DNA of 64,000 nt, taken from positions 1,153-65,152 of the forward strand of contig JAVVWU010000005.1 in NCBI GenBank assembly GCA_036651955.1, in the 5' to 3' direction. This DNA is from Kiritimatiellia bacterium. GTDB lineage: Bacteria; Verrucomicrobiota; Kiritimatiellia; RFP12; DVOR01. Below, piece after piece: positions 19,488 to 29,980 of this stretch (its first letter is position 1; each line of letters begins with the position of its first letter). The notes under the pieces were generated by a model. The model saw only the letters and a program-made list of their open reading frames with translations, was not told the DNA's origin and did not search any database. Position numbers and translations under genes: made by a program.

Positions 19488-20041
19488 GGCTGAAGTCCGA
19501 AGAGACCAAAAAGAAGCATTCCTAAGCCGGCACCGAGTAAAATGATTAGAATCGGATTAAGACGGCGCAGTCGCATCAAACTGAAAAGCCCTGCGGCGAA
19601 AAGAAGGGAAGTGACACGAAGCCCTTCTTGTGGAACCCAAAGTACACGTGCAAGCAACGTAATTGCGGCGGCTCCAATCAGTCCGACAATGACAGGGGCT
19701 GCACCTTGGAGCGCAGACTGTACGATCCACGAACGCAGAAGGGAGTGAAAAAGACCGGCGATGAGCAAGATGATAATGAGAGAAGGAAGTACGACACCGC
19801 CGGTGGAGCAGAGACTTCCAAGAATACCGGCGGTGTGCATACCGGCGAACGTTGAAATGTTAATCGCGAACGGTCCGGGAGTACTTTCGGCAATGCCGAC
19901 AAATTCAATGAATTGATCGCGTGTCATCCATGCGTAATGTTCAATGACTTCACGTTGAATGAGTGGAATCATGGCATATCCGCCACCGAGCGTAAAAAGC
20001 CCAATCTTGAAGAACGTCCAAAAGAGCGTCCAGTAAATCAT
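19484..20041 (-). CDS. Chromate transporter (CHR) family protein, short single-domain form
   Basis: The ATG at 20041 gives MIYWTLFWTFFKIGLFTLGGGYAMIPLIQREV...ESTPGPFAIN. Its start overlaps the stop of the partner gene (ATGA). Confidence 0.75.
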   Translation of the reverse strand: MIYWTLFWTFFKIGLFTLGGGYAMIPLIQREVIEHYAWMTRDQFIEFVGIAESTPGPFAINISTFAGMHTAGILGSLCSTGGVVLPSLIIILLIAGLFHSLLRSWIVQSALQGAAPVIVGLIGAAAITLLARVLWVPQEGLRVTSLLFAAGLFSLMRLRRLNPILIILLGAGLGMLLFGLFGLQP

Positions 20042-20622
20042 GGCGTGGAGTCCTTCTGGATTGGCATCTGACGGCGCAATCGCACGCCATACCAGAGAAT
20101 ACCGAAAAGAAGCCCGGCAAGAATGATAAGAATCGCACTGACGGAGGTGAAAACGGTGAGCGCGAAGGCTCCAATGCAAAGGCTCCCGTTGACCCACGTT
20201 CGCGAAATTCGACTGCCCATTTTGAAAAAGGCCTGTGCAATAAGAACAATCGCCGCGATACGAATCCCCGCAAGTGCCGCAGCAATCCACCGGAAATCGT
20301 GTAAAAGGTTATAGCACGAAGCGAGTAGAACAATACACAGCCACGCAGGGAAGACTAATGCGAGTGTTGCCGTAAGACTGCCGGGGACGCCTGCCACCCG
20401 ATAGCCAACGAACGTTGCCATATTCACCGCAATGGGTCCCGGCGTACTTTCCGCAATCGTAATAATGTTGAGGAGTTCATCGACTGAAATCCACTGCCGC
20501 CGCGTGACAACCTCATGTTCCATGAGTGCAATCATGGCATATCCGCCACCGAACGTAACGGCTCCGAGTTTGCCGAAAGTAAGCAGAAGTTGAAGATGTA
20601 ATTGCAGCCGCGTAGAAGACAT
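20038..20622 (-). CDS. Chromate transporter (CHR) family protein, short single-domain form
   Basis: It carries LLLTFGKLGAVTFGGGYAMIALMEHEVV...ESTPGPIAVN. The start is either ATG at 20622 or GTG at 20718. Confidence 0.7.
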   Translation of the reverse strand: MSSTRLQLHLQLLLTFGKLGAVTFGGGYAMIALMEHEVVTRRQWISVDELLNIITIAESTPGPIAVNMATFVGYRVAGVPGSLTATLALVFPAWLCIVLLASCYNLLHDFRWIAAALAGIRIAAIVLIAQAFFKMGSRISRTWVNGSLCIGAFALTVFTSVSAILIILAGLLFGILWYGVRLRRQMPIQKDSTP

Positions 20623-20735
20623 CACGTGCGCTTTCTCACAAGAAGAAAGCGTCGGGACATCGGTCTCCACTTGACTGTCCGTAGACCGTGCTTGACCCGA
20701 CGGAGTGGAGCTTTTCACAGAGGCCCTTTGGGACG

Positions 20736-22022
20736 TTAAAGTCCAGCGTCCAAATGCGCTTTGACAGCTGCGAGATCGGTATCCGCAGGCGCAGCACCGG
20801 AACGTACCGCGGCTTCGGCTACAGCATACGAAATTACGCGATAAAGACGGTGATCAAAGGCCTTCGGAATAATATATTGCGTCCCGAACGTGAGTTCCTC
20901 ATTCGGATAAAGTGCTTGCACCTCAGCCGGAACAGGTTCACGCGCAAGCATCGCCAATGCCGTTGACGCGGCGACTTTCATCTCCGTATTGATTGTACGC
21001 GCACGTACATCTAATGCACCACGGAAGAGAAAGGGGAACCCAAGAACATTGTTGATTTGATTGGGATAGTCCGAACGTCCGGTTGCCATGACATACGGTT
21101 TTCCTGCGAGTGCCTCTGCAACCAGTGCCGGCTCAATTTCAGGATCGGGATTTGCCATCGCGAAAATTGCGGGGAAATCCGCCATTGCTTTAACATCTTC
21201 ACCCGAAAGCGCACCTGCTACAGAAACACCAATAAAGACGTGCGCTCCCAGAAGTGCATCTTTGAGTGTACGCCGCTCGGTCGTGATTGCGTGGCGCTGT
21301 TTGTGTTCGCTCAAATCGGTGCGTCCCGTATGAATAATACCTTTCGAATCGCACATGGTTAGATGCTTGACACCAGCGGCTTTGCACATATCAGCAATAC
21401 GAATGCCAGCAGCACCTGCGCCATTGATGACCACATGAATCTCGTCTAACGCACGTTTTGCAATCGATGCGTAATTGATGACACCGGCTACCGTAATAAC
21501 AGCCGTTCCCCATTGATCGTCATGGAACACCGGAATATCAAGCTCGGCATCCAATATACGTTCAATCTCAAAACACGCCGGTGCGGCGATATCTTCAAGA
21601 TTGATACCACCATACATCGGCGCAAGCGCACGCACCGCATCAATCACGCGTTGCGGATCCGTTTTACCTGTATCCTTACCCTCCATCCGGCAATGAGCCA
21701 CCGGAACAGGCCACGCATCCACCCCTGCAAATGTTTTGAAAAGAGCGGCTTTACCTTCCATTACTGGAATAGAAGCAAGCGCCCCCAAATCACCTAAACC
21801 CAAAATTGCCGTTCCGTCAGAGACCACGGCGACCAAATTCGGTTTAGACGTTAAATCATAAGCGGTTTCTGGCTTTGCGGCGATTTCTTTTACAGCAAGT
21901 GCCACGCCCGGAGTATATGCGAGACAAAGATCTTTTTGAGTGGCAAGCGGTTTAGAAAGTGCCGTGTGTACCTTGCCACCTTTGTGAAATTCAAACACTT
22001 CTTGCTTCGTAATTTTGATCAT
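20736..22022 (-). CDS. NAD(P)-dependent malic enzyme (short form, no PTA domain)
   Basis: 428 aa with [30 protein letters not shown] and VINGAGAAG motifs, typical of bacterial malic enzymes. Confidence 0.85.
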   Translation of the reverse strand: MIKITKQEVFEFHKGGKVHTALSKPLATQKDLCLAYTPGVALAVKEIAAKPETAYDLTSKPNLVAVVSDGTAILGLGDLGALASIPVMEGKAALFKTFAGVDAWPVPVAHCRMEGKDTGKTDPQRVIDAVRALAPMYGGINLEDIAAPACFEIERILDAELDIPVFHDDQWGTAVITVAGVINYASIAKRALDEIHVVINGAGAAGIRIADMCKAAGVKHLTMCDSKGIIHTGRTDLSEHKQRHAITTERRTLKDALLGAHVFIGVSVAGALSGEDVKAMADFPAIFAMANPDPEIEPALVAEALAGKPYVMATGRSDYPNQINNVLGFPFLFRGALDVRARTINTEMKVAASTALAMLAREPVPAEVQALYPNEELTFGTQYIIPKAFDHRLYRVISYAVAEAAVRSGAAPADTDLAAVKAHLDAGL

Positions 22023-22297
22023 AGGAACTCCTTGCTAACGCTAAAAATAGAGACGATAGACTATCATATTACTTCGTTATTCGCATCTGGCGCCATGAAG
22101 CCTATCTTTCACTTTACTTCATCGCATCTTAAAGGCGAGCGGCGCGGTCAACGCTTGGCGATAGCTTCGAACGCTGATTACATATTTCTCTTACCGGCAA
22201 AGGCGCTCTCTTTTGTTGTTATCTCATAACGAGTGGAGCTTAATACCCTTTGTTTTGTACGAATGCTATGTTATCGTGTATGTATAGGGAATAAGTG

Positions 22298-22768
22298 ATG
22301 AAAATAAGAAGTCTCTGTTGCGTATCGCGGTTGATGACACTCGTTGTAACAGGATTTATTACATGGGTGTCTCTGACCGAGCCGTCTCATTTCAGCGGAA
22401 TGAAAGGTTGGCAGTGGCTCTTACATCTACAGCAAATGACAGGCGTTGGAATTGATAAAGTCATTCATTTCGCACTGTACTTTTCACTCGCATTTTTCAT
22501 TTGGCTAGCACTTCCACAAGGCGTAAAGAGGAACTTAAACCGTTCACTGATTGTATTTTCACTTGCGAGTCTCTGGGGCGCCGGAATGGAAATATTGCAG
22601 TTGCTCGGGACGCAACAGGGTTGGTGGCATCGAAATTTCGATTGGAACGATATCATCGCAAACGTATTGGGTGCAGCCGTTTCGACGATACTGTTAATGA
22701 TTATAAAGAAACTGCGCTATTCTCACGAAGCGTCATGTCAAGCATACGAACGCCTTCGCGACGAATGA
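22298..22768 (+). CDS. VanZ-like family membrane protein
   Basis: About 156 aa with four hydrophobic segments and the VanZ-like motifs DKVIHFALYFSLAFF and WNDIIANVLGA. Confidence 0.55.
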   Translation: MKIRSLCCVSRLMTLVVTGFITWVSLTEPSHFSGMKGWQWLLHLQQMTGVGIDKVIHFALYFSLAFFIWLALPQGVKRNLNRSLIVFSLASLWGAGMEILQLLGTQQGWWHRNFDWNDIIANVLGAAVSTILLMIIKKLRYSHEASCQAYERLRDE

Positions 22769-22772
22769 AAGA

Positions 22773-23774
22773 CTAATTGAAATAAGGCTCTGGCGGTGTC
22801 GCAACAGGCGTCGCAGTATAGGTGGGAGCGGCGGCGATTGGAAGGTCGCGCTGATGTTCTGTCGTAGCCGAGTGACGGAACACATAACGAAAACCAAAAA
22901 CGAGTACGGTCAGAAACGCTAAGGTTAAAAAGAGGAGAAATCCTTTAAGAATAACTCTTCGCGTAATGAGTGCTTCACCTTGTCGTCCACGGAAGCAACG
23001 AACTTTGGGCTTGTTCCCCTGATTGAATAATTTGCAAATGGCACTCACCGTTTTTTCGCCAGCAACAAGAAGTGTCTGCAATTGCGGATTGGGCGGATCG
23101 GGTACTGGATGTTGCGGTCCAAAGATGGAGGATGTCGAAGGTGAACGACTTAAAATGTTGGCACGTGCTGAACGTATTTCTTTGTGTGGTTTGGGCGTGG
23201 TAGCAGGTGAAAAGAAATCGTCAGGATCGCTCGTTGTGAGAGGCTGTTCTGTGGCGGCGTTCGCCGCTGTCAGCGGCGAATCTTCGGGCAGAGTAGGGCT
23301 TTCTTGCAAGACAGATGAAGCCTTAGGCGTAGTTGGTGCGATGTCTTCGGGCTTGGGAACAGAAGTAAAAGAGGCTTCGGCGGACGCTACTAATTTATGT
23401 GTCGTGGAGGATGGCGCTTCGGTGACGGACGTTTCTTTTGGTGGAAGGATACGATGTGCACCGGTATGAATAGGCTCAACGGGTGTCGCCGGAAGATCTC
23501 GGACAGAGGGACGTGTGACGGATTGCGGTAACATTTCCTCTCCCGTGCCAACAGCACGTTTGTACTCTTCTATTAAAGGTTGCGGGTCAATTCCTAATAG
23601 CTGACAATAATGTTTAATGAATCCTCGTCCATAAATGGGAGCCGGAATCTTTTTGTAGTTTTCACACTCAAGTGCATCAATGGAACGTACCATCATATTC
23701 GTACGTTCTGCGACATATTCTTTCGTCCAACCATGTTCAAGTCGTTTTTGTTTTAGAATTTCGCCAAGTGCCAT
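22773..23774 (-). CDS. RodZ-like helix-turn-helix membrane protein
   Basis: It has an N-terminal Xre-type HTH (LGEILKQKRLEHGWTKEYVAERTNM...IYGRGFIKHYCQLLGID), a long Pro/Ser/Thr-rich linker and a single TM helix near the C-terminus. Confidence 0.55.
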   Translation of the reverse strand: MALGEILKQKRLEHGWTKEYVAERTNMMVRSIDALECENYKKIPAPIYGRGFIKHYCQLLGIDPQPLIEEYKRAVGTGEEMLPQSVTRPSVRDLPATPVEPIHTGAHRILPPKETSVTEAPSSTTHKLVASAEASFTSVPKPEDIAPTTPKASSVLQESPTLPEDSPLTAANAATEQPLTTSDPDDFFSPATTPKPHKEIRSARANILSRSPSTSSIFGPQHPVPDPPNPQLQTLLVAGEKTVSAICKLFNQGNKPKVRCFRGRQGEALITRRVILKGFLLFLTLAFLTVLVFGFRYVFRHSATTEHQRDLPIAAAPTYTATPVATPPEPYFN

Positions 23775-23782
23775 CGGGTGCC

Positions 23783-26488
23783 TCAGGGGTTATCGTGAAT
23801 TTCAGAAGCATCTTCAAGAGACGCAGGATCAAAATCAATGTTAAAGTCATTCGACGCAGACGTATCATCGGTTGATGTCTCCGCTGTTTCGTCTTCCGCG
23901 CTTTCAACGATATCAGAGATTTCATTGCCGGTCGAAGCGGATGTCGCAAGGGCATTAAGGTCGACAAGAATTTCGCGGGCGCCATTGCCAATTTGCGGGC
24001 CAATAATACCGCGATCCTCCAACATATCAGCAATACGTCCAGCTTTGTTGTATCCGATGCTTAAACGCCGTTGCATCGCCGAGACGGAGAATCTTCCTGT
24101 TTGACGAATCAGCTCCAGCGCACGCTGATAATAGGCGTCATCTGATTTGTCATCCTCACTTCCCGCGAGCGTCGAGAACTCTTGCGGAACGGATTCGGGC
24201 ATAATATCGCGAAGCGCGGCATCTAAATCATTCCCCGCATTTTCTTCTTTTATGCGTTCCATCTTGGACGTGAGAATATCATCAAAGGCGGGTCCTGTTT
24301 GATTCTTGATAAACTCACAAATACGGATAATCTCTCCATCGCTAACCCATGCGGCTTGAGAGCGAACGGTTGCCTTGCCTCCGCGTGCGAGAAGCATATC
24401 GCCTTTGCCAATCAAGTTCTCGGCGCCTGTCTCATCAAGAATGGTGCGAGAATCATTTGCCTGCGTTACACGCAGCGCGATACGTCCCGGAATGTTCGCT
24501 TTAATCGTACCGGTAATGATATCGGTGGTGGGGCGTTGCGTTGCAATGATGAGGTGAATCCCCGCCGCACGAGCTTTCTGTGTCAGGAGTGTAATCGGCG
24601 GTTCAATATCCGCCTTAACCGTAAGCATAAGATCTGCCAATTCATCAATCACAATGACGATATAGGGCAGTGTGGCTGTCGGGTTCTCACGACCTTCAAG
24701 TGGTTGCGCCACGCGACGATTATAATCGGCAATAATACGAACGCCGTATTTCTGTAGTAGTTTGTAACGGTGATTCATCTCGACAACAGCCCAACGCAAG
24801 GAGAAGAGAACCTTTTTCGGCTCAACAATGACAGGATTAAGAAGATGTGGAAGATCATCGTAAAAGGTAAATTCTACGCGCTTCGGATCGACCATTAAGA
24901 GCCGTAGTTGCTCGGGACGGCGACACATGAGCAGCCCTACGAGCATATCGTTAACGGCAACTGATTTACCGGATCCTGTACCACCGGCGACGAGAAGGTG
25001 AGGCATTTCGGCAAGGTCAACAATCAAGTCGCCGCCGGTTGCTAATTTTCCTAAGGCAATCGGGAGTGCCATTTTCTTCTCTGCACGCCGCCACGTTTCA
25101 CCTTCAAGAATTTCTCTCAACGTTACCGCTTGGCGTACGGCATTGGGGACTTCGATACCGACGACATCGCGTCCCGGAATGGGCGCTTGAATACGAATAC
25201 TTTCCGCTCGTAACGCCATCAATAAATTGTTTTCGTAGGCTCCAAACTTTTCAACTTTTACACCGGGCTCGGGCTTGATTTCATATTGCGTAAGAACAGG
25301 GCCGCGAATTTGATTAACGACGTGCGCCGCAATACTGAATTGTTGAAAGACACTTTCAATCGCAGCAATGGCACTTTGCGAATCGTCTTTATCGGCAGAG
25401 CGAGGCGGAATCGGGTCAAATAAATTCGTCGTCGGTAAGCCATAGTTGACAAATTCTTGCGCGCAAGGTTCATCATTATCATTGGCGGCAGGAACAGGCG
25501 CGGTAATGGCTTTTTCGATTGAAACAGGTTTCAATAGGGGCGCTTCTTCGGAGGCGAGAACGAGTGGCGGCGGCTCGGGCAAGGGGGCTGAAATAGGCGA
25601 AGCTACGGTTTTACGTTGCGGAGATAAAAAGGAATCGGTTCCGTTATCTACGGGCGGACGAAACCACGTTTGCGAAGAGGTGGCGTGAGCACTATTTTTC
25701 TGTGCAAGAAGATCGCGAACATCTTCCTTTTCTTTGGGTGCCGTCGGGCGGTGAAAAAGGCGCGCAAAAAATCCACGCACCGGTTCAGTTGATTCCTCTT
25801 GAGCCATTGTTTCAGCTTTACGGCGAAGGGTATCGCGAATATCTTCATCATCCGAGGCTTGTGGCTGTGGACGACAAGGTGCAGTTATGCGCACAATGAA
25901 TAAAACGCAGTTTCTGCCACCGACAATTAACACAAAAAGCAAAAGAGACAGCGGCCATAATAAGATTTGAAGTCCTACGGTTCCGATGAGTGGATGTAGC
26001 AAATCAGTAACAAGCCATTGCCCGAGTGCGCCGCCGCTATTGGGACGAAGATTTAACGCCTCTAAAAGCGGTGCATTCGCTCCGCAACATTGGAAGAGGC
26101 AGGCGATGACAATGTAAAGTAAAAGAATCCAAACGGCACGTAATCGAAAGCGAATCACATGACCATGAAGGAGAAAGCCGGCTAAAATTGCGAGAAGTGG
26201 AAGTGCAAAGTAACGATAGGCTAATCCGGCAATGTTATATCCGGTAAACGTAAGCCAAGCGCCAATAAGTCCGATACGATTGCTGATAGGGTCATTGGGC
26301 GGATTACAGAGCCAACGAATGTCACGCCAATCATAAGTCATCAAGGCAAGAAGTAAGAGGATAAAAGAGAAAATGGCAATAGGCGCAAAAATGCAACGCC
26401 GACGATTGATGGTTCGCGAATCGACCACAATTTGTTCGTCGACTAACCGTGGTTGTTGGAGTTTTTCGGTTTTCAATCGCGCGGACAT
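23783..26488 (-). CDS. ftsK: DNA translocase FtsK
   Basis: 901 aa with N-terminal TM helices, a linker, a motor domain (Walker A GGTGSGKSV, VIVIDELADLM, IIATQRP) and a gamma winged-helix (SVSAMQRRLSIGYNKAGRIADMLE). Confidence 0.9.
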   Translation of the reverse strand: MSARLKTEKLQQPRLVDEQIVVDSRTINRRRCIFAPIAIFSFILLLLALMTYDWRDIRWLCNPPNDPISNRIGLIGAWLTFTGYNIAGLAYRYFALPLLAILAGFLLHGHVIRFRLRAVWILLLYIVIACLFQCCGANAPLLEALNLRPNSGGALGQWLVTDLLHPLIGTVGLQILLWPLSLLLFVLIVGGRNCVLFIVRITAPCRPQPQASDDEDIRDTLRRKAETMAQEESTEPVRGFFARLFHRPTAPKEKEDVRDLLAQKNSAHATSSQTWFRPPVDNGTDSFLSPQRKTVASPISAPLPEPPPLVLASEEAPLLKPVSIEKAITAPVPAANDNDEPCAQEFVNYGLPTTNLFDPIPPRSADKDDSQSAIAAIESVFQQFSIAAHVVNQIRGPVLTQYEIKPEPGVKVEKFGAYENNLLMALRAESIRIQAPIPGRDVVGIEVPNAVRQAVTLREILEGETWRRAEKKMALPIALGKLATGGDLIVDLAEMPHLLVAGGTGSGKSVAVNDMLVGLLMCRRPEQLRLLMVDPKRVEFTFYDDLPHLLNPVIVEPKKVLFSLRWAVVEMNHRYKLLQKYGVRIIADYNRRVAQPLEGRENPTATLPYIVIVIDELADLMLTVKADIEPPITLLTQKARAAGIHLIIATQRPTTDIITGTIKANIPGRIALRVTQANDSRTILDETGAENLIGKGDMLLARGGKATVRSQAAWVSDGEIIRICEFIKNQTGPAFDDILTSKMERIKEENAGNDLDAALRDIMPESVPQEFSTLAGSEDDKSDDAYYQRALELIRQTGRFSVSAMQRRLSIGYNKAGRIADMLEDRGIIGPQIGNGAREILVDLNALATSASTGNEISDIVESAEDETAETSTDDTSASNDFNIDFDPASLEDASEIHDNP

Positions 26489-26489
26489 A

Positions 26490-26903
26490 CTATTCGCTTT
26501 CTGTCACGAGTGAAAACTTATTAAGACGGGCACGACGGAGGATTTTAATCACGTCCATAATGCGCCCGTAGCTTTGCGCTTCATCGCCACGAATGTGCGC
26601 CGCAGCATCGGGATTCTGAACTACTATTTTCGCCACATGTTCATAGAGCGCATCTTCGTTAATTTCTTGATTGCCGAGGAACAAGTGACCGTCTGCTCGA
26701 ATGGTAATAGAGATCGGTTCAGTCGCCGGAAGCGGATCGCCCGTGGCGGTCGGCAGTTTTACCGTGACACCACTTTGCAGTGCTGGGAACGTAATAATAA
26801 ACGCGATGAGAAGCAAAAAGGTCATATCCAAAATCGGCGTCATGTTAATGTCGCCGTTGAGTTTTGTTTTTTTGCGCTTACGCGTGAGACGTTGCCGAAG
26901 CAT
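26490..26903 (-). CDS. ExbD/TolR-family biopolymer transport protein
   Basis: 137 aa with INMTPILDMTFLLLIAFIITFP followed by the periplasmic domain (ITIRADGHLFLGNQEI...HIRGDEAQSYGRIMDVIKIL). Confidence 0.75.
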   Translation of the reverse strand: MLRQRLTRKRKKTKLNGDINMTPILDMTFLLLIAFIITFPALQSGVTVKLPTATGDPLPATEPISITIRADGHLFLGNQEINEDALYEHVAKIVVQNPDAAAHIRGDEAQSYGRIMDVIKILRRARLNKFSLVTESE

Positions 26904-26906
26904 CGG

Positions 26907-27641
26907 TTATTGCCCTTCCGCATGACGATAGTTCAGCGTCAATTTGCCCATCAGTTCTTCGCCAAAGCCTTCTAATTGAACTGTATAGCCTTCAATTCGA
27001 GCTTGTAGAAAGTTATATGCAATGGTTGAAGGAATTGCGACAACAAGTCCCACCACAGTTGTCAGCAATGCAGAAGAAATGCCGGGCGCAAGCTCTGCAA
27101 TATTTGCCGATCCACTTGCTGCCATTGCTTGGAATGCAAGCATTACGCCCCATACGGTGCCGAAAAGACCTAGCAGCGGTGCCGAGGACGTAATCACGGC
27201 GAGAGCGGTCATTCCCTTACCGAGTTGTACTGTCTCTTCGTCAATCACGTGTGCGCAAGTTGTTTCAACGAGTTCCATCCGTGCCGCACCTAACGTTAAA
27301 GGTGTCGTTGGGTTCTCACGTAAAAGTAACCGTTGCTGTTCTGGAATGAGATTGGCAAGACGTTCGCACGTTTTGGAATAAACATTTTCCATGGGCGAAT
27401 CGCTAAAGGCATAACGATTGTAGTAGAGCGCAAGCGGGTCATCCGTACGCACAAAATCGTTGACGAAATGATTCGAACGCGCGCGGAGGTCACTCAGATG
27501 CCACCAACGTCCTGCCATTACCGCCCACGAAATAATCGACATTCCAACTTGAATGAGTACAATCAATTGACCGCAAAAGTCGGAATCTACAAAGGCTTTA
27601 ATCGGACCACTCGACATGGCGGCAAGAAACGTAATATCCAT
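26907..27641 (-). CDS. MotA/TolQ/ExbB-family proton channel
   Basis: 244 aa with three TM helices and the conserved region APLLGLFGTVWGVMLAFQAM...ELAPGISSALLTTVVGLVVAIPS. Confidence 0.75.
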   Translation of the reverse strand: MDITFLAAMSSGPIKAFVDSDFCGQLIVLIQVGMSIISWAVMAGRWWHLSDLRARSNHFVNDFVRTDDPLALYYNRYAFSDSPMENVYSKTCERLANLIPEQQRLLLRENPTTPLTLGAARMELVETTCAHVIDEETVQLGKGMTALAVITSSAPLLGLFGTVWGVMLAFQAMAASGSANIAELAPGISSALLTTVVGLVVAIPSTIAYNFLQARIEGYTVQLEGFGEELMGKLTLNYRHAEGQ

Positions 27642-27645
27642 AAAA

Positions 27646-29358
27646 TTAGATCCTTTCAGGCGTTGGAATACCCAAGAGCGTCAGACCGGAACGTAAAACT
27701 TGTGAAACAAGCGCACAGAGACAAATACGACTATCGCGGATGGCCGGTTCTGCTTTAAGCACAGGCGAGCTCTGATAGAAACTGCTGTACAGTTGGCTTA
27801 GTTGATAGAGGTAGTCCGCCAACACATTTGGTTTGCATAAATCACCGGCACGTTGTACGGCAGTGGAATATTGCAAGAGCCATAGTGCCAACTGCTTTTC
27901 TGCGCCGTTGCTTAAAATCAATGTATTCTCAAGCGGATGACCACCGACAGTTTCGCGATACTTATCAAGAAGCGAATTGATACGCGCATTCGCATATTGA
28001 AGATAAGGGCCACTATTGCCTTCTAATGCAAGCGCACGTTCCCACGTGAAAACAATCATCGTAATCGGGTCATGTGACAAATCGGCATATTTAATCGCGC
28101 CGATACCAATTGCCTCCGCGAGCTTCGCGCGATCGGCTTCAGACCAATCAGGATGACTTTCATCAACAATTTTACGCGCCCGCACTGCCGCTTCATCCAA
28201 GAGCGTCTCAAGCTTAATGACATTTCCTTGGCGCGTTGAAAACGTTGCATCCGGCAAACGCATCAACCCAAACCAAACGTGTTGCAACGCTGTCTTTTCG
28301 CAAAGCCCGAGCTTCTCACAAATATGGAAAAACTGACGGAAGTGCAACTGTTGACGTTCATCCGTCACATAAATAATGCGCTCCGGATTAAACTCCTCAA
28401 CGCGGCTCCGCACGGTTGCAATATCCGTTGTCGTATAGTTGAATCCGCCATCGCTCTTGCGGACAATCGCGACTTCCAGACCGTCTTCTTTCAAATCGAC
28501 AATCCACGCCCCCTCGCTTTGTGTCGCGAGTCCTTTTTCCTTCAATAGATCAACGGTCGTCGCGAGCATCGGCTGGTAATAACTCTCACCACGATACAAA
28601 TCAAACGTGACACCCAAACGTTGATAAATGCGGCTAAACTCCTTCATCGAAATCTCGATAAACAATTTCCATACAGCAAGGTTGTCCGCATCTCCCGCTT
28701 GTAATTTCACCAATTCTTCACGACATTGATCAAGCCACGCCGGATCCGACTTTGTCGCATTGTAACTTTTGACATAAACCATCTCAAGTAATTCAACCGT
28801 CAGTGCCGCACGCTCCGCTTCCGTCAGGAAATGCCGATACCCCATAATCAGAATACCGAATTGCGTTCCCCAATCGCCGAGATGATTATCTGCAATGACT
28901 TCATATCCCAACGCACGTCGAATGCGATCAATCGCATTTCCAATCACCGTACTGCGAATATGCCCGATGTGCATCGGCTTTGCAACGTTCGGAGACGAAT
29001 AGTCAATGACGACCTTCTTCCCTGCACCAATTTGTGGAATCGAAAGGTGGCAGTCTGCCCCCATTGCGCGAATCCCTGCGGCAACCGCCGATTTTGAAAG
29101 TGTCAGATTGATGAACCCTGGACCGGCGACTTCCGCTTTCTCGAGAATGGAGGGAAGAGGGCAAGCAGCAATTACAGCCGTCGCGAGTTCACGTGGATTT
29201 TTTCCTGCTTTTTTGGCAATTCCCATCGCGTCATTACATTGCCAATCGCCAAAGCGATCATCTTTTGACGGGACGATTTTATCTCCGCCGCCACATCCGG
29301 GCAGTGTTATCTCAAATGAATCTTTTAGCCACGTACGTACAAGCCCTTCGCAATCCAT
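27646..29358 (-). CDS. argS: Arginine-tRNA ligase
   Basis: It has a class I HIGH motif (MHIGHIRSTVIGNA) and a DALR anticodon-binding region at the C-terminus. I chose ATG 29358 (MDCEG) because GAAGGAG lies 5 nt upstream. The longer ORF would run through the rpsO terminator. Confidence 0.88.
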   Translation of the reverse strand: MDCEGLVRTWLKDSFEITLPGCGGGDKIVPSKDDRFGDWQCNDAMGIAKKAGKNPRELATAVIAACPLPSILEKAEVAGPGFINLTLSKSAVAAGIRAMGADCHLSIPQIGAGKKVVIDYSSPNVAKPMHIGHIRSTVIGNAIDRIRRALGYEVIADNHLGDWGTQFGILIMGYRHFLTEAERAALTVELLEMVYVKSYNATKSDPAWLDQCREELVKLQAGDADNLAVWKLFIEISMKEFSRIYQRLGVTFDLYRGESYYQPMLATTVDLLKEKGLATQSEGAWIVDLKEDGLEVAIVRKSDGGFNYTTTDIATVRSRVEEFNPERIIYVTDERQQLHFRQFFHICEKLGLCEKTALQHVWFGLMRLPDATFSTRQGNVIKLETLLDEAAVRARKIVDESHPDWSEADRAKLAEAIGIGAIKYADLSHDPITMIVFTWERALALEGNSGPYLQYANARINSLLDKYRETVGGHPLENTLILSNGAEKQLALWLLQYSTAVQRAGDLCKPNVLADYLYQLSQLYSSFYQSSPVLKAEPAIRDSRICLCALVSQVLRSGLTLLGIPTPERI

Positions 29359-29452
29359 AAAACTCCTTCGTGATAAATATTGACTAACTATATCAAAAAC
29401 CGTCCTCAATCGCATCTGTTTACTACGCTCTGTCTTACATACAAGAAGGAGT

Positions 29453-29481
29453 AAAACAAAAAGCCACCCGTAAGGTGGCTT
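29453..29481 (-). terminator. Rho-independent terminator downstream of rpsO
   Basis: On the minus strand the sequence reads AAGCCACC-ttacg-GGTGGCTT followed by TTTTTGTTTT. It lies 23 nt after the rpsO stop. Confidence 0.7.
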
Positions 29482-29503
29482 TTGAATGAATGTCTTTATC
29501 GAA

Positions 29504-29761
29504 TTAACGACGGAGACCAAGATCAGCAACAATCTTCTTGTACGATTCTTCGTTGGTGCGCTTGAGGTAATCCAGCAGCGTACGACGATTGTTAACCATA
29601 CGAATCAAACCATAACGAGAAGAGTTATCCTTCTTGTTAATCTTGAGGTGCTCGGTCAACTGCTCAATCTTCTTGGTCAGTGTCGCGACTTGGACTTCGC
29701 TAGATCCGGTATCACGTTCGTGACGTTGGAATTGCTCGCGAATTTTGCTCTTATCAACCAT
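29504..29761 (-). CDS. rpsO: 30S ribosomal protein S15
   Basis: 85 aa with FQRHERDTGSSEVQVA and RRTLLDYLKRTNEESYKKIVADLGLRR, a canonical S15 sequence. Confidence 0.95.
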   Translation of the reverse strand: MVDKSKIREQFQRHERDTGSSEVQVATLTKKIEQLTEHLKINKKDNSSRYGLIRMVNNRRTLLDYLKRTNEESYKKIVADLGLRR

Positions 29762-29980
29762 GTCTATGCTCTCTCATCTGTGTTTTGACTTCCACAGCCG
29801 TTCTATCACCTGACAGAACTAGCCCGCAACGGGGAACGTATCCTAAGACACGTCGCAGGAAAGTCCACACATCGTACCAAACCTTTATAGAGAGATACAA
29901 CTCTTTTCTCGTAAGCGCGTTTCCAATGATTGCGATGGGGCGAAAACTTTCTTAATTTGTCCTCTATCGGCAACATCTCC

